Source: an uncultured Planctomycetales bacterium | Lineage (GTDB): Bacteria > Omnitrophota > Gorgyraeia > Zapsychrales > Fredricksoniimonadaceae | Length of the DNA stretch: 64,000 bases | Assembly: GCA_964438075.1 (NCBI GenBank) | Contig: CAYTIW010000002.1 | Coordinates: 47,994-111,993, forward strand | Direction of reading: 5' to 3' | In this document: in pieces, positions 18,227-28,500 of the stretch | Numbering within the stretch: the first letter of the stretch is position 1 | Layout of the letters: every line of letters begins with the position of its first letter | Notes under the pieces: generated by a model | Seen by the model: only the letters and a program-made list of their open reading frames with translations | What the model was told of the DNA's origin: nothing | Databases searched by the model: none | Position numbers and translations under genes: made by a program

Positions 18227-19815
18227 GGGTTGTCCCTCCTTGGTTGATGGTTGAAACTGTCATTTATAATAAGTCTCGAAAAAGCTCCTCCGGTGTAACC
18301 GTCCAGAAGGGCCGTCAATTCCGCCACTCTCATCTCTGCAGCCATCCGCTCGCCGCTATCTGCATATGAGCACGCGGACAGTTCAACCTGAAGCCGTCGC
18401 CGCTCGAAATATATTCTTGTTACCTGGTCGATCACCTGTTCGCGCAACTCGACCATGAGTTTAGAACGCGAATCGATAGCTGTCTGGTCGCTGCTCCAGA
18501 CCATATCCGATAGTTTCCAGGTCAGACGCACATCCCAGTCTGAATATGAGCGCCCTTTTTGCAGGACGTCCGGATTAGAGCCGGTATCCCAGTGCAATAG
18601 TTCTCCAGAAGCGCGGTCCACCCCGATGGAGAGATCAGGGACTAAAGCCTTGACCCTGGCCTGGCGGCGCCAGGCATCGATCTTCGATTTGTCGGCTTCG
18701 GCATGATCCACCGCCATGACCTGGACCTGACGCACCGATGGCTCGAATGAGAATTCGGCCTCGATCCGGGGATAATCTTTAAAAATGCATTGGGGGGCGT
18801 AGTTGGTTGGATCATTATTTTTAAGGGTGCTGGTTACATCGTCTATGATATAAACGCCGCGCCTGGTAGCAGCTATCAGCCCGCGTTCGCGCAGAATAGA
18901 CAGCCGTACAACATCGATTTCATCCATGCCGGCGTAGAGGTTCTTAACCGCGCCTTCATGACCGCAGGCGACCCCTTTGGACGAAGAAAAACACACGATC
19001 TCCCGACCGTCTTCCCCCGTAATAGAGACGACCGACGAAATTATTCCGGAGATATTCCCTGGCCAGCGGAACTCGCGCCAGGTCGTCCCTCCATCCTGGC
19101 TTATATAAATTCCATGCCTGGCCGCCAGATAAAGCCCTTCATATCCCATGAATACATCGACCAGTTCGTTTTCCCATCCGGCAGGCAGCGTTCTCTCATC
19201 TTCCGTTTCTACATCTGTCCCGTCCTCACTTCCCATCCCCAGGGAAAAGGCCTTTATCCCCAGAGCGTGGTCCGCGTTTATGAAATACAGATCATGTCGC
19301 GTCATAGCAAAAAAACCGTTTTCGCTGACCAATAGTCGAAGAACTTTCTCTCTGCCCAGAGACCCTGGAAAGCGTTGCCAGACCGGCTCGTCAAGGGACC
19401 GCACAAAAATCCCCTTATCGCTTGCCAGAAGATATCGATCATCCTCAGCGGAAATATCATAGACTGCAGCTTCCGTGTTTTCCCGTAGCCAGTTGTTACC
19501 ATTATTATTAGAAGAAAAGAGCCCCCGGTCGGTAGCGGCCAAGATACGCTCACCGCGTGTAAATATTTCATTAACGGGTTCTCCAAGGATCCGCTTAGAT
19601 GAAAGCAAAGGCGATGAAATGTTGACCTGGAATAAACCGGCCGAAGACATTACCATAATAAATTTGTCATTCCGGATATCAATAGTCGCTCCTCGGACGT
19701 CATTATTCCCAGTAGAGACATATAACCTGCGCCAATCCTGTTGCGCGTATGAAGATGTTGCTAGAGTTAATGTCATAAATAAAACTGTTAATGAAATATG
19801 TTTATTTTTCATAAC
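18223..19815 (-). CDS. Secreted beta-propeller-like protein (BNR/Ycf48-like repeats) with an unassigned C-terminal domain
   Basis: Signal peptide MKNKHISLTVLFMTLTLATSSYAQ. Repeated motifs of the form [ST]xDxGxxW / 'GIFVRS', 'GIYISQDGGTTWREF' are typical of BNR/Ycf48 propeller blades. The start is taken at the internal MKNK. Confidence 0.45.
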   Translation of the reverse strand, partial: VMKNKHISLTVLFMTLTLATSSYAQQDWRRLYVSTGNNDVRGATIDIRNDKFIMVMSSAGLFQVNISSPLLSSKRILGEPVNEIFTRGERILAATDRGLFSSNNNGNNWLRENTEAAVYDISAEDDRYLLASDKGIFVRSLDEPVWQRFPGSLGREKVLRLLVSENGFFAMTRHDLYFINADHALGIKAFSLGMGSEDGTDVETEDERTLPAGWENELVDVFMGYEGLYLAARHGIYISQDGGTTWREFRWPGNISGIISSVVSITGEDGREIVCFSSSKGVACGHEGAVKNLYAGMDEIDVVRLSILRERGLIAATRRGVYIIDDVTSTLKNNDPTNYAPQCIFKDYPRIEAEFSFEPSVRQVQVMAVDHAEADKSKIDAWRRQARVKALVPDLSIGVDRASGELLHWDTGSNPDVLQKGRSYSDWDVRLTWKLSDMVWSSDQTAIDSRSKLMVELREQVIDQVTRIYFERRRLQVELSACSYADSGERMAAEMRVAELTALLDGYTGGAFSRLIINDSFNHQPRRDNP

Positions 19816-20071
19816 GGCATACAGTCTGGTGCAGTTCTTGTAGTGCTCTATCGAGCAGTTCATTGTTTACTGCATTCTTTATTTCTGGTTTGATGCGTTC
19901 AATGGCCTTTGTATAGCTGTCAAGGAAATCGAGCATGGCCTCTATTCCAAGCCGATCGCGCATTTTCTTAAGAACAAGCAGGACTGTATAGATTATGATA
20001 AGGCGACGGTTAAGGTTCGGGCTGCCTTTATCGTTTAGATAATTGATGGAAATATTAGATGTGTTCAACAT
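19802..20071 (-). CDS. Hypothetical small protein (89 aa)
   Basis: ORF only. Partly hydrophobic N-terminus. No motif recognised. Confidence 0.2.
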   Translation of the reverse strand: MLNTSNISINYLNDKGSPNLNRRLIIIYTVLLVLKKMRDRLGIEAMLDFLDSYTKAIERIKPEIKNAVNNELLDRALQELHQTVCRYEK

Positions 20072-20192
20072 ATATTGCTTGATTAATTATCAAATCCATA
20101 ATGCAAAGATAGCATAATTTTGTCTTTTTGTCAAGAGATAATGGCAGAATAATCAAAAAGTGTCAATCTTTGATCTACATAATAAAAATAAT

Positions 20193-20220
20193 TTGATATA
20201 TAGTCAAATAATGGTATATT
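20193..20220 (+). promoter_or_regulatory. Candidate sigma70-type promoter for the XRE–cupin regulator
   Basis: TTGATA (20193-20198), a 16-nt spacer, then TATATT (20215-20220), in an AT-rich region. An AAGGAGG RBS lies at 20235-20241 and the ATG at 20246. Two TGTCAA direct repeats sit upstream. Confidence 0.3.
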
Positions 20221-20245
20221 TGTATCATCATATCAAGGAGGCATT

Positions 20246-20797
20246 ATGCGTATAGGCGAACAGGTAAGGAAATTCAGGGAACAGAAAAAGCTGTCACTTA
20301 CAGAATTAGCCCATGCTAGTGGGATACAGATTGCCACACTCTCCAGGATAGAGAACAATAAGATGACCGGGACACTGGAATCACATTTAGCCATAGCCAA
20401 GGCCATGGGTATCGAGCTAACGGACCTTTACCTGAACCTGCAGCAAGAAGAACCCGTTTCGGCGCATGTTGATGACGCCACTGCTGAACCTCTCCCCGTC
20501 TCTGACGGCAAATGCTCGCTGGAAATACTAGCCCGGCAGGTCGCGTCCAAAAAGATGCTCCCTGCGCTCATCAAGATAGAGCCCAGGAGTTCGACTGCTG
20601 TCGAGATCTTACCCGCCGGCGGAGAACGTTTCGTATATGTTCTCGAGGGGACGGTGGAAATAAAGCTTAAATCACAGGTCATACAGCTTTCCTCCAACAC
20701 ATCCTTGTATTTCAACGCAAACCAGCCGCATAATATAGAGAACAATACCGACTTGCCGGCTAGGATAATTTCTGTATCCACACCGGTGGTCATATAG
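20246..20797 (+). CDS. XRE-family HTH transcriptional regulator with C-terminal cupin domain
   Basis: N-terminal helix-turn-helix QKKLSLTELAHASGIQIATLSRIENNK. The C-terminal beta-rich segment GGERFVYVLEGTVEI...PHNIEN is cupin-like. Confidence 0.75.
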   Translation: MRIGEQVRKFREQKKLSLTELAHASGIQIATLSRIENNKMTGTLESHLAIAKAMGIELTDLYLNLQQEEPVSAHVDDATAEPLPVSDGKCSLEILARQVASKKMLPALIKIEPRSSTAVEILPAGGERFVYVLEGTVEIKLKSQVIQLSSNTSLYFNANQPHNIENNTDLPARIISVSTPVVI

Positions 20798-20804
20798 CCA
20801 CCCC

Positions 20805-21164
20805 ATGAAACCAGCCATCCTTATCGGTAACAACCAAGAAGAGACAGCGGAACAGTTAAAATCTATATTGTCCTACACCTTCCCGCTGATCGTAGTGACG
20901 GATGGAGATCAATGCCTGGCGGCACTGAAGCAAGGATCCTCGATCGGACTGGCCTTTGTCGGGTCTGACATTGATCTATCCGGTCAATTGTTCGAAAAGA
21001 TGCGGGAGCTAAGCCCCCGGCTGACCATAATAGCCATCGGAGAAGCTGGATCAGAAGGGGGAGCAGTTGAGGCGGTAAGTCGAGGCGCGAACGGTTATAT
21101 CATGCTGCCACTTCGCAATAATGACGTAATGTCACTGGCCCAAAAATATGCCTTTCCGGCATAA
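20805..21164 (+). CDS. Receiver (REC)-like single-domain protein, atypical
   Basis: CheY-like beta-alpha layout. A candidate phospho-acceptor Asp sits in LAFVGSDIDL, but the conserved Lys of the KP motif is missing (the position reads MLPL). Confidence 0.35.
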   Translation: MKPAILIGNNQEETAEQLKSILSYTFPLIVVTDGDQCLAALKQGSSIGLAFVGSDIDLSGQLFEKMRELSPRLTIIAIGEAGSEGGAVEAVSRGANGYIMLPLRNNDVMSLAQKYAFPA

Positions 21165-21212
21165 TAAACCCGGTCATAAGCCTGTTTATCGATCGTTAGG
21201 TAGAATATCGGT

Positions 21213-24200
21213 CTAGTTATTTGGGATACCAAGGAAGGACTGGATGCTACTTAAAGGCCGCATGTCGATAAGTACCGGTGAGAAACCCGGCATGGCATCG
21301 AAACGCCTGACCATGATCGGGTCGACATTGAATTTCACACCGCCGCCCGAGTTTTGCACCTGCAGGTCCAGCCGGTCAGTGTTAAAGTCGATACCACCGT
21401 AGACGGCCTCTTTCATGGCAAAGTCGAACTGCCAGGCTACCGACGATGTGCTCTTCAACTTTATCTCTCCCTTTTGGCGGGAAGCATATTTTTTGAAGAA
21501 TTCCAACGACCTGGTCCGGCTGAAAGGTATAAAGGCTAAAGACATCTTTCCAGCGGCACGCAGTTCCCCGATGAGACGGTCCAGCAGAAGCGAGCCCAAC
21601 CCGCTGGGCGCATCCGGAAGCGAGGCGACACGCGAAAGGTAAGGCTCAGCAGAATTTATCCGTGAACAGATAGAGAACCCGATGATTTGGCCGTCCTTCT
21701 GCGCCCAGTATACCTTGACGTCAGGGTCTTTAAGATAGGCCTCGATGGTCCCGCGTTCCAGTCGGTGGTTCCGGCCGAAATCGGGGTTGTTCTGAAAACG
21801 GGCCTGCCGGTCTACCCGGGCGATACCGTCAACCACGGCTTCCAGGTTCTCCGCCGTGACCGATTCTCCCACCACCACGCCCTCGATCGATCCCTGCGCC
21901 GGATCAGCATCATCCGTTCCCTGCTGCCCTTCAGACGCAGTCCCTTTCCCAGGCGTTACAAGCTTACGCTGAAACTCAACGGTCCCTTTAGTGACATTGA
22001 TCTCTGCACGTAATTGATCATTAGTGTTATTCATGTTAAAAAGATATATCCTCACGATGTCCGGTAAGGCTAATTCAATATTATCATAGTAATAATTTTT
22101 AAAGTTCGGCAGGCCGGAACGGTTAGCCAGTAAGAGGCGAAAAGCTTCCGCGACATTACGCTGGGCGTTCAACGCTTCGGCTGAGTACGTGGCAAGACCC
22201 TCACGCTGCAGGAAAGCCATGGCATCATAGGTGGCTTGGAAGGCCAGGGCCTCATCTTCAAGCGCACCTATACCAGGGGCCATGTAATAATCCCGCACAT
22301 GCCTGCCTTCGTGGGCTATTTTTATTGCCAGAAGGGCGAAGGCTTCCTTATCGCTCAAACCCTCGAAGGCGTCGGCACTCACCACGACAAGCTTGCTTGT
22401 CACTATCGTCATAGCATAACTACGGTGCGCAGTGCCCAGGGAACTCTCCCGGCTCAATCCGGTCAAAAACAAGACCCTTAAGGGGGGCGTGTCGGACGGC
22501 AAAAGGCCGTTGTCCTTAAGAAAACTTTCCACCTCTCCGGCCCAGGCCTGTTTGGCTACCGATATTTCTATGGACCGTTTCAATTGCTCAGGAGTAATCT
22601 CTCCCATCCTGGAGCCATGGCTATAAATGAGCTCCGGCGTCAGGTCGTCCCATCCGGCAGGAAGGTTTATCGTCGTCCCGGGAGGTTCCTGTAGAGTATT
22701 GATGGGTTCACATCCCACCCCGAAGGTCAGCGACGCCACCAACAAAATCCCGCTTAATGCGCGGAACAATGACCGCTGCGCCCGGTCCAGTACTTGTTCT
22801 CGGCTGAGGCTGTCTTCACGTGCCGGGAATATCTTTCTGGCCGTAAAAGCATCCAAAGGATCCACATGGTGAACGAATTCCGCAGGGAGGTCGTAATAGA
22901 AAGCGACCTCTTCTTCGACGTCTCCCTTTTGGGCCACGACCGGACGATTGTCTGTCAGCCAGTCGACAGGGATCCGGTAAGTGACCACCGTGCCGTTCCC
23001 GATAGTGGCCGCCCGCCTGGCCATTTCCGGATTGAGGGTGGTATGCAAGGTGGCATCATTTTCCGCACCCCTTTGGGCGATATTCCGCAAGACCGCCTCC
23101 TCGACGGAAGCGCCGTATCTTTTGTAGGCCTCTTCCTTGGGGATGTTATTGGCAGCAGCCAAGGACTGATGGGCCGCCCCCTTGATGGCATCCGGGCTTA
23201 CATTCTTAAGCCCACGGTAGACGAATATGAACGAACGGCCGTTCCTGTCGACTGTGCGATTGAAATCTTTAAGCGTGGCGGTACGACCCGGCACCTGGAC
23301 GAGCCCCACCGGTTCGTTTTCAGGTATTGAGGGCCATTTCCGGGAAAGGTCCGGGAACGCGCTCTGCGCCCTATCTGTATCCCGGCCGGTCTGGACGCGT
23401 TCCCGTAAGAACACAAAGGGTTGGAACTGCACGGTCCCCTTGTCGGTATTTATTTTTACCTGCGCCAGTCCCCCGTTCTCTTCATTTACCAGGTCTATCA
23501 GTATTACGGAAGGCGCCCTCAAACTCACGATGGATACATTGGTGTAGTAGTAATTCTGGAAATCTTTTATCTTGTTTTTACCCGTCATCCACAGGAAAAA
23601 GGCCTTGGCCACTGCCCGCTGGGCATCTAGCTGGTCCCTTGAATAGGATGCCCGGCCCTCTTGGGACAGTTTTTCCATCACTGTAACGGTGTTCTGATAA
23701 GCCCGCGCCTCGCTGGCCATCTTTTCACCAGGCGTCGGATTGAGATTGGCCCGGAAGTCATCAGTGTGGGTGCCTTCATGCGCGTATTTGATCGCCAAGA
23801 GCGGGAAGGCGTCCCGCTCGCCGAGCCCCTCAAACGCGTCAGCACTTACCACGATCAGCTCGTTGCCTCTTTCCGATATCGCCAAGGCAAAACTGGCATG
23901 GTGGGGGCCCAATGATCCAGGGCGGCTCAAGCCTTTCAGGAAAAGAATACGTATCGGCGGGCTGTCTTTATTGAGTATGCCCTTTTCCATCAGGAAACTG
24001 CGCACATCATTGACCAGCGGTCTTTTAGAATCAGAGAATTCTATCGATTCTTTTAATTGATTCTCAGATATCCGGCCCATCACAGTGGCGTTACGGTAAA
24101 GAAGGTCCGGCGTGATCCCCTGCCATTCCTGCTGCTGTTCGGTTGTGACCGGCGTCTTTGGGATAAGATCCTGGGCACTGACCGGTGAATTCCCGCTGGA

Positions 24201-25382
24201 CAGCCCTACGGCAAGAATAATAAGCCCTCCGGCTATTACACGTGAGAGTTGGGCGCGGTCATGGGTTATGTTCAGAGATATGTCCGAGAGCATGGAGTAA
24301 TCAAACCCGCCGGAGAAATATTTTCGGGGTAATATCTCCTGCGAATAGGGGTCCTGCTCTTCCTTGATGTAATTGTAGGCGCCCTTTTTGAAAGCTTCGA
24401 CGTACTGTTGCCAGATGCGCCGGGACATTTCCGGGTCATCGATGTTCACGCCTGTCACTTTTTTACGGTCCACATAGACCTTGCTCAGGAGGCTTTCTTT
24501 AACTTTTTTCTTGAACCACGCGGCCAGGATTAGAGACCGGTATACCTGACGTACCGGGGCAAAGTTCCTGCCTTCGTTGACCTCTTTTTCCAGTTCAGGG
24601 AGGATTATTTCACGCAAGATCTGTTTGGACAGGTCCCGGGTGGCGCTCACCGCGTCCGAGTCCCCGTTGGATACGCTGGCGGATCTCTTCTCGTCTGTGT
24701 TCGCTTCCCTGCTATCCAATATCCTCTCCTGCGCTAGATAATCTGATTCCAGCAGGACTTTTAAATGGCTCTCGATGACCAGGGACTGGCCTTCGTTCTC
24801 GAATACCTCGGCCTTATCCGGGGTGATCCAGACCTTGTTGAAGGTGTCCATCGGGATATCGGTCGTGCCGAACATCTCGAAAGCGGCTTGGTAGACCTTG
24901 GACCAGAATTTTTTGCCTACCTCACCCTCTGGATACATCACCGAAGCCGTGATCTGTTTCAAAAGGTAATCCTGTTCCAGCAAGTCTCTGCCCATTTCGG
25001 TCTGCCCGAACTCGTTAGTGATGATACGCTCCTGTTCATATGGCGACAGGTTGACCCACAGGTCCTTTTCGGGCATTGTCAGAGAGGTCAGGAAATAGCG
25101 GATAAGTCTTCCGGATTCCTCCTTGAGGGCATCGGCATCCAGCCGTTCTTCGCCGGGGTCCAGGATGAAATCAAAACGGAACGGGTTGTCGGGATAGACT
25201 TTGATACCTTTAAGCGAGGGAGGGTTGAAAGCCTGGCTCAGCGGCACTAAACTGCCCGGCGGGGGCATGCTTACCAGAGTCTGGGCAGACGACGGGTAGA
25301 CCGCAGTTAGGGCAAAGATAACCGCCATCCCAATGCAAACACTTTTTCGCCAGGAGTGTAGCTTTTGCCAATGCATAAGCAT
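21213..25382 (-). CDS. 1389-aa chimeric secreted/membrane protein: N-terminal domain, two tandem HExxH zincin-like modules, C-terminal GNAT-like domain
   Basis: N-terminal signal peptide. Two internal signal-peptide-like hydrophobic segments at ~24195-24245 (RVIAGGLIILAVGLSSGNSPVSAQD) and ~22705-22770 (LFRALSGILLVASLTFGVGCEP). Two paralogous ~460-aa modules with HExxH motifs: AIKYAHEGTHTDD at ~23770 and AIKIAHEGRHVRD at ~22300. C-terminal PSGLGSLLLDRLIGELRAAGK is a GNAT motif-A-like stretch. Confidence 0.6.
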   Translation of the reverse strand: MLMHWQKLHSWRKSVCIGMAVIFALTAVYPSSAQTLVSMPPPGSLVPLSQAFNPPSLKGIKVYPDNPFRFDFILDPGEERLDADALKEESGRLIRYFLTSLTMPEKDLWVNLSPYEQERIITNEFGQTEMGRDLLEQDYLLKQITASVMYPEGEVGKKFWSKVYQAAFEMFGTTDIPMDTFNKVWITPDKAEVFENEGQSLVIESHLKVLLESDYLAQERILDSREANTDEKRSASVSNGDSDAVSATRDLSKQILREIILPELEKEVNEGRNFAPVRQVYRSLILAAWFKKKVKESLLSKVYVDRKKVTGVNIDDPEMSRRIWQQYVEAFKKGAYNYIKEEQDPYSQEILPRKYFSGGFDYSMLSDISLNITHDRAQLSRVIAGGLIILAVGLSSGNSPVSAQDLIPKTPVTTEQQQEWQGITPDLLYRNATVMGRISENQLKESIEFSDSKRPLVNDVRSFLMEKGILNKDSPPIRILFLKGLSRPGSLGPHHASFALAISERGNELIVVSADAFEGLGERDAFPLLAIKYAHEGTHTDDFRANLNPTPGEKMASEARAYQNTVTVMEKLSQEGRASYSRDQLDAQRAVAKAFFLWMTGKNKIKDFQNYYYTNVSIVSLRAPSVILIDLVNEENGGLAQVKINTDKGTVQFQPFVFLRERVQTGRDTDRAQSAFPDLSRKWPSIPENEPVGLVQVPGRTATLKDFNRTVDRNGRSFIFVYRGLKNVSPDAIKGAAHQSLAAANNIPKEEAYKRYGASVEEAVLRNIAQRGAENDATLHTTLNPEMARRAATIGNGTVVTYRIPVDWLTDNRPVVAQKGDVEEEVAFYYDLPAEFVHHVDPLDAFTARKIFPAREDSLSREQVLDRAQRSLFRALSGILLVASLTFGVGCEPINTLQEPPGTTINLPAGWDDLTPELIYSHGSRMGEITPEQLKRSIEISVAKQAWAGEVESFLKDNGLLPSDTPPLRVLFLTGLSRESSLGTAHRSYAMTIVTSKLVVVSADAFEGLSDKEAFALLAIKIAHEGRHVRDYYMAPGIGALEDEALAFQATYDAMAFLQREGLATYSAEALNAQRNVAEAFRLLLANRSGLPNFKNYYYDNIELALPDIVRIYLFNMNNTNDQLRAEINVTKGTVEFQRKLVTPGKGTASEGQQGTDDADPAQGSIEGVVVGESVTAENLEAVVDGIARVDRQARFQNNPDFGRNHRLERGTIEAYLKDPDVKVYWAQKDGQIIGFSICSRINSAEPYLSRVASLPDAPSGLGSLLLDRLIGELRAAGKMSLAFIPFSRTRSLEFFKKYASRQKGEIKLKSTSSVAWQFDFAMKEAVYGGIDFNTDRLDLQVQNSGGGVKFNVDPIMVRRFDAMPGFSPVLIDMRPLSSIQSFLGIPNN

Positions 25383-25529
25383 ATTTTGTAGAACAAACGT
25401 TTTAATATATGTGATTGGCTTACAAGGTAAGTATGTAAGAAAATTGTATAAAAATCAATATTTGTATATATAGAATTTTTTTCAATGAAAAAGGCAATGA
25501 GATTATTTCAAGAAAGAATGAAAAGTATA

Positions 25530-25566
25530 GCTGGCCAGGACCATGGAGTTATGGGTCCTGGCCAGC
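25530..25566 (-). terminator. Rho-independent terminator downstream of the C25-peptidase gene
   Basis: 13-bp perfect stem GCTGGCCAGGACC / GGTCCTGGCCAGC with an 11-nt loop. A U-rich stretch follows on the minus strand. Confidence 0.5.
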
Positions 25567-25575
25567 ACAAGGCCG

Positions 25576-28500
25576 CTAATTGATTGTGATCGGATTACCA
25601 GCCAAAGAATTGTTGGTTTCATTCTGCTCCGGCCGGGAATTCAGATAATCCACTATCGCTCCTATATAATATGTACCGACGGGTATGCTAGTGGATAAAG
25701 TAACCGAAGTTGTGGCGCTACTGGTCTGACCGACATTAAGGGAGCTTACTGACCTTCGGCCTAGATATCTGTCCGAGGTATTTATAACCACGTCGGTCGA
25801 AAGATAATAGGCCACGTAGAATGACGAGCAATTGCCGCTTCCCTGATTACGGACAGAATCGTTTATCGCGATAGAACTGCCGCGCGTCCCGGTTGCCGGA
25901 CCAGAAACACTGCTCACGACCAGGTCCGGTCCAGGGGTTATTACTATCTGGGGCCCGGCCAGGGCGTTATTGCTTTCGTCCTGCTCCACCCTGGCGTTGG
26001 AATAATCAGCCAGCACGCCAATGTAATAAGTGCCCGGTGAAAGCGTGGTGGAAAGTGTCACGGTGGTGCTACCCGAGCTGCTGGCCTGTGAATTAAGCGC
26101 ACTGACCGAGCGGCTCCCGACGCGGGTATCGGAGGTTGTGATTATCGCATCGGAGGAAAGATATAGCCCCACATAGAATGATCCACCTTTTCCCGGGCCT
26201 TGGTTCTTCACAGTGTCTGTTAACGTTAGGGGGCCGCCGGTCACTGCTCCGGCAGGTCCGCCGACGGTGGTCATGACCATGTCCTCCCCGGGCGTGACGG
26301 GCATAGACAGAACGGCCGACAAGTTATTGGTCTCGTTGCTTTCAGCCTGGGCGTTGTTATAATCGGCGATGGCTCCGACGTAATAAGTGCCGGGTGTAAC
26401 GACAATATTGGAGAGGGTCGTCGTAGCCGTGCTTGTTGCGTCAGGCAAAAGGACGCTCACGCTCCTGCGTCCCAGATAAGTGTCGGATGTCGTGATGTTG
26501 GCGTCCAGTGACAGATAATACGCCACATAAAACGTGCCGGTCCTGCCCGGCCCCTGGTTCTTGACCGTATCGGTAAAGCTCATCGTCGTGCCGGATACAT
26601 AACTGGTCGGGGCCTGGAAGGCGGTGATCGCCAGGTCCACGCCGGAAGACAAAGAGACCTGGGTAACGGAAGCGGCCATGTTGTTCGCTTCATTACTCTC
26701 GGGACGGGTATTGTTGTAATCCGCTATCGCTCCAAGATAATAATTCCCGGCGGGAATGGTGGCAGGAATAAGTATACTTGGAGACTGGTTGGCTATTGCG
26801 CCGCCCCCAAGACTTGAGATATAGGCGTTACCTAGATAGCGGTCACTGGTGGTGATTACGGCGTCGTCTGATAAGTAATAACCAACGTAAAAACTGCTGC
26901 TGGTGCCAGTGCCTTGGTTTTTGACCGAACTGCTCATGATCATATAAGTACCGCTTTGGAAGCTGGCCGGGGGATTGCCTAGCGTGTTCATGACCAGATC
27001 CGCGCTCGATACCTGCACAGGAGTGGCAGTACAACGTGTATTGTTGTCTTCGGCCGATTCGTTCACCACGGCCCCGCTGTCAGCTTTAGCGCAAAGGAAA
27101 TAAGCGCCTTCGACCGCTGTAGCCGGGATCAAGACCGAGGTGGAGGTTCCGCTCGAGGCCCCGGCAGCCAGCGAGGAGACGGAACGCGTGGGTGTCAACA
27201 CAACGTCATCGCTGCCGCCGTAGGTGTTGTCTGCCGACAGGTGGAATTCGATCACAAAAGCGGCCGCCGCCGAAGTGCCTTGGTTCTTGACGGTATTGCT
27301 TAGGCTGAGATAACTGCCCTTGGCCACATTAGCGGTAGTGGTTGAAAGGGCCGTCAGGATCAAGTCCACCGAGGGGATGTCATTGACCGTGATGGTTATA
27401 TTCTCCGAATCAGTGAGCGTACCGTCTGTTGCCGCTATTGTTACCGGATAGTTCCCTGCTTGGTTGTAATTGGGCGTCCAGGAGAATGCGCCAGAGCTGC
27501 TATTAAAGACCGCCCCCGATGGCAGGCCGCTGGCCGAATAGGTGACGGTATCTCCGTCCGGGTCGCTGGCATAGACGGAAAAGTTCAATGTCTGCCCCTC
27601 GTTGACGGTCTTGTTGCCGATGGTATTCAGCACCGGCGCCTGGTTCACATATTGGATACCGTCTGAATAACCGGTTCCGCTCCACACTTCAGCCTGATTC
27701 TTGGCCTTCACGCAGAAAAAGTAGATCTGGCCGGCGGTCAGATTGAGGTCCATGGCCGATACCGCTTCCGCCGTGACTGGCGTCCAATCGCGGACAATAG
27801 GTCCGTCTACCGCCGCGCTGCGGATTTGATACTGATATTCAGCGACGCCCGTATCAAGGTCTTCGCTATGCCATTGCGCGGACAATTGGGTCGCGCTGTG
27901 CGTTTGGTCACCGGAATCAGTTACGACCGGCACCGAAGGCGGCGTGAGATCTTGCGGGACTTCATGCTTCCCCATGTCGATAGCAGTTCCACCGTTCAGA
28001 GGCACCGCCGACAATGGATCGCCAGTGTTCACACAGGGCGAATTGCGCTCTATGTGGAAGTCGCCGTTGGCCATATCGACGAAAAGCGGGTCGGCATTGA
28101 TGTTCCCCGCCCCCACTCCGGGATGCGATGAATTGATATCATTGTAGCTGGCCTTGACCGTCGCTCCCGGAGCGGTTGAAAAGGTCAAGGTATTGTTCCA
28201 TACGATGGAATTATGGAATTCCGAGACCGAATTGTCATTCGACCTGATCACTAGCGGGTTAGACGTTCCGTTATTGGCAAGAACGGACGAATCGATGCGG
28301 GTGTAACCATACTGGGCAGCCATGATCTCGGTGGCGTTATTGTCACTCAATATCGACCGCTCGACCAACAAGGTGGATATGTCCGAACCCGTCTCCATTC
28401 TCTGGACGACCGAAGTATTGGCGAACATCTTTCCGCCAGTATTGTTCCTGATGAGGGCATTATTCAGTATTAAATTGCCCATCCATGAATCCACGTCCAG

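Noticed and set aside
22794-23330. Several 60-180-aa plus-strand ORFs inside the 1389-aa gene (e.g. 22794..23330, 24765..25250)
   Set aside because: Antisense to a long continuous minus-strand ORF that has coherent domain structure. No independent start signals.
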